Shown: positions 25,650 through 39,700, counted from the first letter of the whole stretch. The stretch is DNA of 56,205 nucleotides, filler included, from Platydemus manokwari (GCA_037951405.1; 5 parts of 5 records of this genome joined end to end with filler, not necessarily neighbours in it), one strand, 5' to 3'. Made by a program: numbers and translations. The notes: a model not told the origin generated them from the sequence alone.

Positions 25650-28500
25650 ATGAATGAAATTGAAAATTGTTTGGAAAAAATAATTCTGAAAAAAAACAAT
25701 ATATATGAATTAAATGAAAATGCGTATGATGAATTACTGAAACTTCTTATGTGATATTATTTGTTATTTAAAGTTATTTTCACAATTGCAAATGTTTTTT
25801 CTAGAAATGAAACAAGTTTGTTGGAGTTAATATTGTTTGCAATTAACAATAAACTATTATCTGAACCATTAAATTATAATGTCAAATTATTTAAACTAAT
25901 TGATAAATTATTTGATGATTTTGAAGATTTTCGTTTGCCATTTCTTAAAATGTTACAAGTAAATATATTTTTTTATTTTTTTAAATATAATCATTGAATT
26001 TAATTTAAACTGTAAAAATTTTATTCCACTTCACGCTATCAGAAATCAATGCAAAATCTAATGCTGAGATTTGAAAATGCTGCTCCTGAATCCGCTGGTT
26101 ACCAGCTGAAACAGGTTGTCATTTCAACAATCGTGAATTGGAATTTAAAATATGGTAAAATTTTACCACAAATCAATTTTTGTGTAAATTTTCTTCGCTC
26201 AAAATTCCCAACCGATATTGAAAACGCTGAAAAATCATGGCGAAAGAAACGCAAAAGAAATCAACAGAAAGAATCAATTGCCAAACGGGAAAATCAACGC
26301 AATTATCAGCATTTAGTGGATGTTTATCACGGTTAGGAAAAGGTTTTGTGCGAATGAATTGCGATTTATCTTGTGAACAGATAATCAAATGATGATGAAA
26401 GCTTCATTGAAAACGGTGGACAGTTGTTATGGTTTATTGGTTCCAGATATTGCAAATGATTGCCTTCGTGATTTGACAACGGATTCAGCTATCAAGAACA
26501 ATGCCGCCCAATTGTTTCCCGGTAAAATCACGTCTGTACAGTGTTGATTATTGATGGATATATTTATGTTTATTGAAGGCATCGATGGTGGAGAGGATAT
26601 ACCGATGGAATTTTTGGGTCCCAGCAGTAGATTGGATTCGAAAACATTGACAGAAGAGATCACAATCGATTTATCGATTGATAAAATGTGTTCAGAAATA
26701 TATGAGAATAAAGATAATGAAGATATTATTCGAACATTGAAAGAGGAAATCTCTGTCATTCAACGGCGATATGTGCCTTTATTGAATAGTTTGATCAAGG
26801 TTTTATTGATTATTTTGGATATTTATTTTCATTCTTATTATTTTCTGCAATTATTCGCTTGTTAGCGGCTGCTATTTCATAAAATACGAATGGAAAACGA
26901 ATCTGATAACTTCAACCCAAAAAGTATTTTAATCAAAATATATTCGAACAAATCGATTATTTATATTTTTTTAAAAGTATTTTTTTTCTATTGAAATATT
27001 GATTGATTTCTTTTCATTTTCTTCACATTTCTTGTTACCGAATTACTTACCATTATAAATCTCTATTAATCTCCTACACTTCTCATAATGATCTTTTCAT
27101 TATCGAATATAATTGCGTAGTTACCATGTTACTGCTACTATTTTATAAAGTACGAATGGAAAGCGAATTTGATAAATTCAACCCAAAAAGTATTTTTAAT
27201 TAAAATATTCAAACAGATTAAATCGATTTTTTATATTTTATATGAAATATTTTCTATTTAAAGTGATTGTTTAAATATTGATTGATTTGAAAATCCTCAC
27301 ATCACCTATTCTTGAGAATCTTTCGTTTTCGTCAAATTTCTTATTACCAAATTATACACATTTATAAATCTCTATTAATCTCCTATACGTTTATCCTAAT
27401 GATTTTCTCATAATCGAATCTAATTGCGTGATTACCACGTTGTCTGTTACCATCCAATGAAATACGAACGGGAAACCGAATTTTATAAATTCAACCCAAA
27501 AAGTAATTTTAATTAAAATATTCAAATAAATTTAATTATTATTTAAAGTGATTATTTAAATATTAATTGATTTGAAAATCCTCACATCACCTATTCGAGA
27601 TTCTTTCATATTATTTTGTTTTCTGTATTTTCTATCTGAGATTCTCCATATCAAATTATCTACATAGATGAATCTCTATTCGTCCTCTATACTTTTCTCG
27701 TAATGATCTTCTCATAATCGAATCTAATTACGTAGTTAACCTGTTATCTACCAATATTTCATAAAATACGAATGCAAAACCAATCGAACAATTTCAACCC
27801 ACAAAAGTATATTCATACAAAGTTGATTGGTTTTATGATTTTTGATATCAATATATTTTCTAATTGAAATGATCATTTAAATATTAATTGATTTTCAAGT
27901 CCTCACATCTCTTCAATTTTGATTGGTTAATAATCATTTCAAATTTATTGAACGTACTTATTGTAAGAAAAATATTTGGTTTTAAGAGCTCATTATAAAC
28001 CCTCCGATTTGTCTATAAGAGAAGTAATTATTATTGTGATTTCGTCCATGGAGTAGGTTATTAAAATCAATAGTTGTAATAAATAACATCAATAATGGCA
28101 ATAAGCAAGCATTTACAAATTATGCTAACACTCAAACAGGATATACAGGGACAAATTTTGTAGATATTGTGGATATTACTTATAGAAACCTGACTATAAT
28201 CATGCATGTATATGTATGTGTATCCATGGAAACATTTATTATAGATGCTAAAATTATATTTTTTTTCTTCAGAAGCTGAAGACCTTTGAGCATGCTGAAA
28301 AGGATTTGAAATTGGTTTGTAATCTCAGTTGGACAATGTTAGATTGTCTGAAAAAATTTGATAAAATTAAGATTATTCGCAACGGTTGGTTTGTAGATCG
28401 TGTTTTGATTTTTATTTATTTTTTCATTCAAGATTATTCCGCCAATTTACTTAGCAGTGATTCTGATCAGAATGATTCAGATTTTATTGATGTGTTATAG
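25650..28500 (+). CDS. UVSSA: UV-stimulated scaffold protein A-like (UVSSA), apparently C-terminally truncated, 361 aa
   Basis: Exons 25650-25750, 25805-25958, 26043-26331, 26381-26521, 26579-26799, 28273-28384 and 28433-28500 (1086 nt, all GT-AG, phases consistent). Colinear similarity to UVSSA as I recall it: FKLIDKLFDDFEDFR, AGYQLKQ...IVNWNLKYG...NFLRSK (VHS-like), SLKTVDSCYGLLVP, IYENKDNEDIIRTLKEE...RRYVPLLNSLI and acidic DSDFIDV. Confidence 0.78.
26860..27915. repeat. Degenerate tandem repeat (4 copies, ~270-310 bp unit) in UVSSA intron 5
   Basis: Core TACGAA-GGAAA-CGAAT-TGATAAATTCAACCCAAAAAGTATTTTTAATTAAAATA recurs at ~26885, 27151, 27462 and 27767. AAATCTCTATTAATCTCCTA and TCCTCACATC blocks recur in register. 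Confidence 0.9.
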
Positions 28501-30679
28501 GTTGAATATTTTTCTATTAATTTTATCTTTTATTTTTTGTCGAATTGTAATCAATACTTTCCTTCATTATTTTCTATTTGCTATGCTCCTGTGTAGAGTT
28601 GTAAAATCGATAATCCGGTATTATAGACTTATAACATTAACCTATCAATCATATTTAGAAATTGAATTCGATACTGAGGCAGTTTATTTTTGTTTAAATG
28701 TGTAAAAAATTTGAAACAGTTGATCTCAACCATAAAAGGACTTGGATTTCTGTGAACATGGTTACTTCCTTGTATGGTTGCAGTGGATAAAAAACGATTC
28801 TGAAAAACTATCTAAGGGGCGCAGTGGTACTTAATGTATTATATAATTGATTATAGATGGGAAATACATTTTAAAGCAGTTTGGATCTAATTACATAACA
28901 TTATTTTGCTAAAAGCCTTAAACATTGAAATTTAAACGATAATTGTGAGAGTTGAACATTTCTGTAACCAATGATTGTTCACTTTGGTCTAGCAAAAAAT
29001 CAAGCTGTAAATAAACAATAATTAAATATAAATATAAACAATTTCGTAAAAACGCTGACTATATTATTATTTTGTATATTATTATATGCGTGACAAATTC
29101 TTATTCGATATCTGTGTATTAAAAGTAATCACTAATAATATTGGTGTTTTACATTTTATAATATTTTTACGGTAGATTGAACAATTTAACGGATCTTTAG
29201 ATTGTTATGATCGATTTAAGTTCTAAATACCAATACACTATTTATAAAATATTCTGACAATATTTGCTTGAAAATCCCGTTTTAATACAATCAATGCTAC
29301 GATATATTAAAGGATTTAAATTAAATTGAATTATTGTTTAAAGTCCCGATGTATTTGATTCTATGAAGATAAAATGTATTTTAAGATTGCATCCTATCAT
29401 CTAGTAGTAAAAATCTTCTTGCATCACTGAAGGATTTAAAGTGGTTGTCCTGTTGTTCCAGCAACTATGTGTAATCACTTAGTTTAGTTTCAAATTCAAA
29501 ATTTAGTTCACGATTGTTTGGACTTTAATGAGTTTATAACATTTATTACTAGAGTAAAACGCTTTATTATGAAATAAAGAATATGCCACTTTTCGATAAA
29601 TGAGAGAATTTGTTGCAAAATCGATTGTAACAAAATTTGCAGTGTCAATTTATCTGAGAGGTAAAGTTTTTCTGATATTAAATATCGCTATTTCTTGAAA
29701 ATAGTTTCATGAAAAATTGTATGCCGTGACTGAGGCAATAAAATTTTGGATTATAAGTTAATTAAGTTATGATTATTAAGATAGTGCTTACGAACATATG
29801 AAACATAACTTAGGATTATAATAGAAATTGTCCTCGCAGAAAATTTCGAATTTATCGCAGGTGCTTTACTTCTTCTTCGGTGTATACTTTGTTATGAGTG
29901 TCTCTTTCAAACTGATGTATGTTTATATAGTTTTTGTTACTGGTGCATTTCGATGACGACGCTATTTTTATTTTATTCACAAAAAATTATTATATGTACA
30001 TTTCTGGCATAATGGCCGTTACTATTTTTGTTTTGTGATAGTGTTATGATCTGCTTGACCTACTCATTTTCCGATCAGTTTCTCTCAGATCATTTTTATT
30101 TTATTCTTGTTTTAACATGTCAGTATTTGCTCTCTTTTCATAACTTGTACTTTTATTAATATTTTTCATATTATTATAATATATTATTAATTTATTATAA
30201 TATATTATTATTGCTATTTTTATTGTTATTATTTATTTATTATTATTTTTTCTTATTATTATTATTTTGCTCATATGTCCATTATCGTTTTCTTGTCTAT
30301 TTAATTTTTTCTTTATTTACATTATTTAAATCTTTGTCGCTTCCCACTCTCACTCCCTCCCATTTACAATTCAAAGGAATATATAAACTAATTGTTCTAA
30401 GTAATACAGTTTGCTCAACATTAAAACAAAGCGTTACATAATGCTCAGCTGGATTTAAGCGAGGTTTGAAAAAATGTTATAGATTGGATTTGGGATTGTT
30501 TTGATGGTTAGCGATTGATATTGATGGAAACTTGTTTGGTGATTATTTAATAGTAAATCAACGATTTTTCAACCGATGATTACTATGTATTTTAATGAAT
30601 CACTGTGAGTTCGAGATTGATGTTTCCACCAATATCTGAGACTTCACAGATTAATAGGTTGCGTGTAGTGAGTTATATA

Positions 30680-30779
30680 NNNNNNNNNNNNNNNNNNNNN
30701 NNNNNNNNNNNNNNNNNNNNNNNTTAATTAATTAANNNNNNNNNNNNNNNNNNNNNNNNNNNNNNNNNNNNNNNNNNNN
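30680..30779. other. Assembly gap with TTAATTAATTAA linker
   Basis: N run + linker + N run. Confidence 0.97.
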
Positions 30780-31097
30780 AAGTATATTTATTTAGATAAT
30801 TATTCAAATTTAAAGTTATATAATGATCGCAATTAATTAGTTGAAAGTTTAAATTAATTATCATGAACAATTATGACCAACAGAAACGAACGTTACTCAC
30901 TGTTGTTTGTCGAGAATATCCTAAACCGATCGAATGAGATAATGTCCCGCCGGTTGTGAAAAGCAATAATCCGTTTTTTCTTCGACTGAAATGTGTTCTT
31001 CTCTTCGGAATGATCTTCGGAACGAACTAGTATAATAATATTAAAAAGTCCACGTGCGATACCGGATTACTTAGCGAATTTTCTGTTATCCTGATAA

Positions 31098-31592
31098 TGT
31101 TGCACTCTTCTTAATGTAGTCGGCACTGTTGTCAATATTGTTTTCTGCTGGCAGTGTTCAGTTTCTTGTTTGGTTACTTGGCTGGTCGCTTGGTTATTTT
31201 GTTGTGGTTATTTTAATTGGTGTTTTTTATTGTGTCTCTGTCATGATCAGCAGTTTTTATTTATACTGCCTGATCATGACTCCTACACGCTCAGCTCTTC
31301 ATTGCTGGTGCGCGTGTTACTATTTTTGTTTTTGCGCATGGCTGAATTCTTCACGCCTCATGCGTTTTAAATTATACCGTTCTCACGGTTAAAAGTGCAT
31401 ATTTTATTATCAATAAATATTATTTGTCAACTTTTTTTTGTTTATTATTATTATATTTCTATACCTATATTATTAATTATCTTTTTTATTATATTAATTA
31501 TCTTTATTATATTAATTATCTTTATTAATTATTTATTTATTTTTAAACTCTCCGCGTCTTTCTCTCTTTTAATCCTCCACCGGATTTTCACA
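31098..31592 (-). mobile_element. Possible LTR (TG...CA) of a decayed retroelement
   Basis: On the minus strand it begins TGTGAAAA and ends TGCAACA, contains TATAAATA followed by AATAAA, and is followed by TTATCAGGA (possible decayed PBS). A loosely similar block lies at ~29870-30368. No target-site duplication found. Confidence 0.3.
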
Positions 31593-31976
31593 ACAAAAAA
31601 TAAAAATAAAGAATAAAAATAATATTCCATATAAATGTCATTGTTAAACACATAATATTCATTGTTAAACACATAAAATTATAAATGTTAATATCAGACA
31701 CGTAATGTTAATAGCACAATGTTAATATCGTTATTGATTGTTGCATTGCTTTGGGATTGTGCTTTTGAGGCGAACTGTTGTCATCATCTTCACGTCTCTG
31801 ATGCCAGCCTCTCAAATTCGAGCTATCACCAATCCATACTCAAATCTTAACTGGGTTGCAATATTATTTTGCTCATACGGGAATCCTAACTAAGTTTATA
31901 TTTTTGAGAAATTTATACAATTTTATGTTTTTTAGCTACTAGGTGGGTTAAATGGGGATTTATATTTTTGAGATAT

Positions 31977-32120
31977 TTTTACATTTATCTGTTTTAACTG
32001 GGTTTTGTACTAATGTTGTTTTAACTGGGTTTTGTACTAATGTGCTAATTTTTACATTTATCTGTTTTAACTGGGTTTTTTACTAATGTTGTTTTAACTG
32101 GGTTTTGTACTAATGTGCTA
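31977..32120. repeat. Hierarchical tandem repeat (2 x ~72 bp, each with 2 x ~26 bp)
   Basis: TTTTACATTTATC(TGTTTTAACTGGGTTTTGTACTAATGT)2GCTA occurs twice nearly perfectly. Confidence 0.9.
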
Positions 32121-33779
32121 GGTGGGGATCCCAACAATTTAATGTTAAAAAATCCATGATATTTCATGCTTTGTACTTGGTTTTTAGCTTTTTCATCAGT
32201 TATTTATTTATTTTGTTTTAATAAACTCAGTTAACATAACCATTTCACGAGAAAAGGTGTCATATTCATCAAGTTTTATTTATAAATTGAGATTTCGAAG
32301 TAAAACTATAAAAACATTGTTGAATATATTTTAATTTACAATTCATAATATAATAATTTAACAGTAAATTTATTCAATGGAATTTAAACATGCTGAAAAC
32401 AAGTTGTGAAACACTCGTAAAATCAATTTAAAATGAGTTCTTTTGATTCTAATATAATAAAAACAAATTGAGTATTGCAAATAGATTAAAACCTTGAAAG
32501 TATGAATTGAAGTGGTTTAATTATGGAAATAATTTGTTTTACGATGACGTGAAAATTTGATTTACATAAAACTAGTGACTCTGTGTTGGGAAATAAGGAC
32601 TGGAAAACATAAGGATTAAATTTGCATTACTTGTTTTTTATACATATGTACAGTATATTTACACAATTGTCTGTGAAGTTATATTTGCACAAGTATACTG
32701 ATTTTATTTATCTAAATTAACTTGACGTGTAAAAATATTAATTCCTTTAAATAAATCTCAAGTATAATATTCTTTTAAGCAAAAATGAACTTTATAATAA
32801 TTCACTTTAATATTAAATATTTGTGACCAAATAATAGATTTATAACGAAACTACTACTAAATATACTAATCAAATATATTTTGGAATTTTTTGTGGTCTT
32901 AATTTATTTTTAAATTTAACTTTATTTTGAATCCGTTTAAGAAATCCAAAATAAAATGTAAACTGCAACACAAAAACTAATAATTTATTTACACAAAGCT
33001 GATATTTGCAATAATTTATTGTTTTAAAATACATATGGTTTCTGAGATAACTACTTTAGAGTTATAAAAAAATGGACTACTGACAATTTGAACGAAATGT
33101 TAAGGCTCGAGCAAAGTAGAATTCCAATGCATATAAGCTTTTCAATAAACTTTTCAACTACAAAAGACAGATGCCACATCATGTTATTGAAACACTATCA
33201 GATACCTATGGAGTCATCTTAAATTTTAAAATAATTACTTTAATAATCATAGTAACGTTAACTAAAACATCATTCAAGAGCGGACGTCTTTTAGATGCTT
33301 CTGTTAAAATTACATATGGATCTTATTAATGATAGGAAAAAATCAGTGTAACTACTTGAACATGGATAAAAATTGTAAGAAAAATAATTTTAAGAAACAC
33401 CAAAAACAATAGATTCTACATTAAGTTTTCGTAATTTAAATTATCGAACGATTATGATAACAATCAGTAAAATAGTTTTCTAAATAATTTTTCCAAAGCT
33501 AGATCTTTAAAAAACAATTCCTTGCTATTAAAGGTGATAAAAATTGACCAAAATTATTCTCAAATGAAAATTTTTTAATGAAGTTTTATTAAAACACAAA
33601 AATCCTAAAAACCGTATAAATTCTTTATATAAAATCCCTCAAGACCATCATTCCACAATAATTTTCCAATCCCAAAATCAACCACAATAAATAAAAAAAT
33701 TGAAATTTATTATTAATGAAAATCGTAAAAATCGTCTAATATGAAAAAAAAATTTTGAATCAACAGAAGATTTTCTTGC

Positions 33780-36700
33780 TTATAAATGACAATTTAAATT
33801 CGTGTTCACTCCAAGCTTCTCCATGAATTTCTGGAAATATTATTATTATTATAAAATTGATTCAATAATATGTTCAGTCTCACCAAAATATCCGATGCCA
33901 AATCTTGATGAACTTTGGCGAAATTGTTCACTGTTCTAGCTCGAATAACTTCATTAGCATGGCTCAGACTCTCAGCAATATTCGAAGCCAATCGTAGTTT
34001 GGCATCTTTGTCTAGCACCTGAATTGTGAATTATTTTATATTAAATGTTATCCGCGAAAATCAATATAGTGTGCTCTGTTTTTGAAAATATTTATTTAAT
34101 TTGAAAGAGAAAAAATAAACAATTTCCCAGCCTCCATATAAAGACAATTGATAATAAAAATTTATACAAAATCTCAAAGCAATATAAATATAAGGCAATA
34201 TTCAACAAATAAATATATTAAATCAAATAGGGAGTATCACAAATATCCAAAAGGAAAGCCAGAATATCAAATGTTCGCGAGAAATTTATTGATCAAAATA
34301 TTTATTTTTTATAAATAATGTGAAAATTAGATGATTCTGAATCAGCAAATGAAGATTCAAATAACTCAAATAGTTCAACAATGAATTCAAAAGAAACTGA
34401 TATTAATGAATATAACCGAAACATGTACGATTTCGTGATTCAAACACCTACAACCATGATATTCAACGAAAATGAAAATCAATCGATAAACATGTGTAGC
34501 AAAAATAATCAATTTCTAGTAATTCAATAAATAAATAATCTCCTACCTTCGTATAGAAAATTGTAACTTGACTATGATTATCCTCATCTCCAGAATCATG
34601 TCTAAATATATCTTCAGAAGTTACTTTTTCACGGTGTTCTAAATAAATTGGATTGTGTTGTGGACCACCGTAACTGTTTGGATAATAATTAGGCATATCA
34701 TCTGAACAAAACGTTAAGATCATATTCTTAACCAACATTTTCATTCATTAATCAGTGTACCATTATTATCATCACATCGCATTGGACCATCGACTTGGTA
34801 ACTACGAAATGGACAAATGGGCTTGTTGACAGGAATCAAATTGAAATTAGCACCCAATCGATGTCGATGTGTATCATCGTATGAAAACAGTCTTCCTTGC
34901 AACATCTTGTCGGGGCTAGCTTCAATTCCGGGAATCAAGCTTGATGGAGCAAATGCCGCTTGTTCTACTTCCATAAAATAATTTCGTGGATTCCTTAGAA
35001 AATTCACAATTTCACATCATTCATTAATACAGATCACTGGACTAACTTATTGAGAACCATTTGACCAACTTCTATTAACGGATATTCACCTCGAGGCCAT
35101 GTTTTGGTCAAGTCAAATGGATTGAAAGGACAATTTTTAGCTTGTTCGTATGTCATGACCTGTTTACAACAAGTAATATCGACCAAAATATCGTTTATTA
35201 TTAAATTCCATTTACAATTCGTTTATAAAATAATGAAACAATAAATTTAATAATTTTATATCAAATATAAATAATGATTTAGAACTTCACTTTAAAAAGA
35301 TTTTATTGATGAACATAATTTTCGAGATATCTATATCTATTGTAAGAGTTATGAAGGTTTACTGTTTGAACCATTGAAAATTTCAGCAGGTAATCTCCAT
35401 ATAAACTGTTTTCATAATGATTTCTACTCAAAAATATCGGAAAGAACATTGAATTCAGCATTTCATAATTCGATAATTGAAGGATTCGAATTCAAACCTA
35501 TTTCATTCGGCATACCTATCGTTTATCAATTGACAATAATCACCTGTAGTGATTGCACAGTTTGGCTCCATAGCACCGAACCTTCACATTATCAAAACTT
35601 CGAATATAAATATAAACCAATATCAATTTTAAACAAAGGTCAAAAACTAATAAATGAATAAACAATTCTTTGGATCAACACATGTTAGCCGATTTTTTTC
35701 ATTAATCAAACATACCTTATCTATAATTTCTAAAGTAATAGATCTTGATTTTATTTGAAAGTATTCCACTATTGATTGGTTAAGGTAAATAAAGATATTT
35801 TTTATAAATAATTCACTATGCAAATCAACAAATGTCATTGAAAACAATACCTTAATCTCCCAATAAGAACGTGTTACCTCATTGGATTTCATATTGTTGT
35901 AATAACACGTTTTTCTTACAAATTTTAACATTGAACTTATAGTTAAAATTCTAAATGGTTTAATAAAATTCAACTTTGACAATGTTTGCCAAAGATTTTT
36001 CATAGATAATCAATAAAGCACACATTTATGCATTGCAATATTGGTAAGAAATAAATCGTAAGAATAATTTTTAAAGAATATTTTCAAACCAATTCACAAA
36101 ATTAAATCAAATCTAGGATTCACTTTCATAATGACTTTCAATAACGATTTTTATCAAATAATATTATTATATAAATAATAATATTTAATACAATGAGATT
36201 AATAAATTGATCATATAAATATTGTTATAATCGACACTCACTTGAATGTAGAGTGTCCATGATGGGAAATTTCCAGTCTCGATGGCATTAAATAAATCCT
36301 TTATTCCATAATCGGGATCGGTTCCAGCCAATCTAGTGGCCTCTTCAACCGTTAAATTTTCAATTCCTTGATTTGTCTTTAATATTTTCATGATAAATGT
36401 TAAATAAGCAATAATGATTGATTTTACCTTGAAAATAAACTTGTTATACACAGCTTGATCTTTATCATTCACCAATTTAAATGTATGTGATCCATATCCA
36501 TTCATGTGTCGATGGCCTTTAGGAATACCACGATCACCAAAAAGAAAAGCGAACTGTAAAATATAAATAACGAATAAATAATTTTTATTATTTATTTCAA
36601 TAATTCATGAAAACACTGGTGCGATCTTTAATGAATCAATTCTATTTAAGTTTTTTATTATCAGTTACATGATTAATTTTTCTGCACGTTTTCTCACTTT

Positions 36701-39700
36701 TCATAACAAAAAAAATAAAATCAAAACTGTCTTACTTGATGAGTTGTTTCTGGTCTCAAAGATTGGAAATCCCACATCATGTTCGGATCTCGAAGATGAG
36801 TTCGTGGATTTCGTTTTTGTGTATGAATGAAACTTGGAAAAAATATTGGATCTCTAATAAAGAAAATCGGAGTGTTATTTCCCACGAGATCCCAGTTACC
36901 CTGTTCAGTGTAGAACTTTACAGCGAAACCTCTAGGATCTCTTACAGTATCAGCACTGCCACTCTCCAAACCTGATAAAAATCTTTGTAAGAATGGAATT
37001 TATACATTTTACAAACTTACCAACAGTAGAAAATCTAACTCGCAAATCAGTTCTCTTCCCTACATGAGCAAAAGGTACAGCTTTAGTATATTTGGTTATG
37101 TCGTGTGTACATTCAAAGTAACCAGCCGCACCTAAATAAAGGGAATGTTACGAAATGCACTTGTGTAATTTAACTAATAAATAATTCTATATTTCGTAAT
37201 TTATCCAATTCACACTCCTATCTTAAATTGAATATACCAATTACGTCATCACCATATTGTTTACAGTAATTTTTAAATTCGAAATGTCATTCGTATGCAC
37301 TATTCGATCTTCTTTAAGATTAAATACAACAGCCTTTGAAATTTATTTGGAATTCGTTAATTATTTGAATTTATGTGGAGTGTAATTATGATCTATATAC
37401 GAAAAAAAAGTTGGTGTTAGCTAGGTATCGTTTTAGAAATTGTTAGGTGTTATGGTTTTTGTTATTCATAATCAATTTATTTTTTATGATCAAAAGATAT
37501 ATAGGAAAACCTCTTAAACCAGAGGTCTAATAGTGTCGTATTTATTGGAGAATATTAAAATGTACACTTTAAGGGATTCGAATAAATGTAATTTACTGCT
37601 TATAGAACAAATGACTGACGATGATTCGAATTTATTCTTTATATTTTTCATGGAACAAACCATATACTTTATCCACTGCATATTTGTTAAAATTGATAAA
37701 TACAAAAGATAATTTAGTAAGCTTTTCCAAATATTTTAATTAAAAGTTAGCAATACATTTCTTACGTTTAGCTGATTTATTTGTTTTATATATGCATGAT
37801 TTGATAGAAGTTTAAGTCATAAGATTGTCGTAAAAGGAAAATCTATTTATATTAAGTGATTTAGGACTAAATTAATTTCCTAATAAGTATAATCTTTCCA
37901 CAAAATCAAATCGTATATTGAAAACTTTCATAAAATAATATAAATCACCTTTACATTCAGCTAAGTTTATTTACTAAGTTTGAAAATTTTTACTATTATT
38001 TACACGTGATTTTCGATAAAACACAACATATTACTGAAATTTGTTAAAAACAATAAAGATTAAAAGTACATGATTGGAAGCTTTGATCCCGATTCCGTAT
38101 CTTTTAAAGTACTTTATGGTAAACAATCAGTTCAACTAGTTTTATTGAATCAATGATTAGGATAATAAAATATAATAAATATATTAAGTTTTGTTTTTAA
38201 AAATGATATTGTGATAAATAATTTATTTAATTAAATTCAAAGCTACTATTTGAGGTTATACGATAATTAATTGAATATATTCTCGTTAAAATATATTTTC
38301 ATTCAATGAAAAATATTACCCGCTCCTTTAGCATGAACTACACGTTCTGGAATTCGTTCTCGATCAAAATGGGCCATCTCTTCTATAAAAACAGTATCCT
38401 GTAACAACAAAGGACCTCTCGGACCAATGCTCAAGGAATTGAATTTATCTCCAATTGGCGCACCGGTAGAAGTCGCCAAAACAAGTTTTTCATTCTGAAT
38501 TTTTCATTTGATAAAGTATTTTTATTATTTTAATCAGGTGCTTATTTATCATTTAAAATTACAATGGTAATAATAAATATATTATTTTGTATAAATACGA
38601 GAATTGATAAACTTATTTAAAGGTATTAAAATGCAACGAATGGTTTGTAGACAAAGATAGTCGTTAAAATTAAGTCCTTATCTGATGAGCATAAATAATC
38701 ATGCGGCAAAAACTTTCAGATAAATCTGTTATGCACATAATTCCATCAATATATACTTCATTATTGTTAATACCTATAATAAGACGATTATAAACTTAAA
38801 TATACAAAGGTCAATAGTTCAAACACATGCATCGACGTTGTAAATACTCGTACGAATCTAATTCAGTACCCTAGATAATTATCGTAATTGTTTATATTGG
38901 ATTGAACTGACCGCGCTCGGATTTGATATAAAATTGAAATATTGAGAAATGGCATAGAACTAATTATATACATGAGAGAGAAAGATGGATATCAAATAAT
39001 CATCTTAATATTATAATTTTAATATATTTGAGCGAACTGATAAGGTTGAATAAGTACAAATATGTAAACAGAAGTCTTGTTAACTAAAAATAATTATAAT
39101 CATTTAATTCTTAATAAATCTAATTTAACAATAAATAAGAGTCAACTAATAATGAATTCCGAGTTCCATTAGCAGTTCTAAATTCAATATAATGTCGAAA
39201 CTTGATTAAAATCATAAAAATACCTAAAATATTAGTTCTAATCTTATTAAATTTCACTCAAAAATATTACACCAAACCCAATTTAAATTTTGTTGAACTG
39301 AAATGAAGATATCAAAGGTTATCAAATGGTAATATTCCCATGTTAATTTAGTGCACTTAAATAAACCAAACCTTTGTCTGAGTTAAATGACGTCAATGAT
39401 GCATGTAAAGTCATTGCAAATTTCACGATTGATGAAATAATAGATTTGCCATAAATATTTATGACAAAATATTATTAGAATAATCAAGTAAAAGTTACTT
39501 GAAAATATTGTTCGACAAAATAAGAGTTTGATATTGGTTATTAAAACAATTATACATATTTCTCAATGATAGTGAAATTGAGATTTTTTCAGGAAGTCCC
39601 AGTAAGTCTTGAATGATTATATTTAAACTTTATTGAAAACACTAATTCTTGCGTTCGATAAAATGATAATATTTTTAAAAACTAGTTTAAAAATAATATT

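Noticed and set aside
26173-26759. Minus-strand ORFs of 71 and 110 aa
   Set aside because: Antisense to UVSSA exons.
30211-31616. Hydrophobic F/L/I/Y-rich ORFs resembling membrane proteins
   Set aside because: Products of T-rich low-complexity and LTR-like DNA; non-ATG starts and no splice structure.
31977-32120. CRISPR-like repeat spacing
   Set aside because: No unique spacers, no cas genes and a eukaryotic context; a simple tandem duplication.
35374-36003. ORFs of 95 and 118 aa inside catalase intron 6
   Set aside because: No recognisable motifs; AT-biased composition consistent with chance ORFs.
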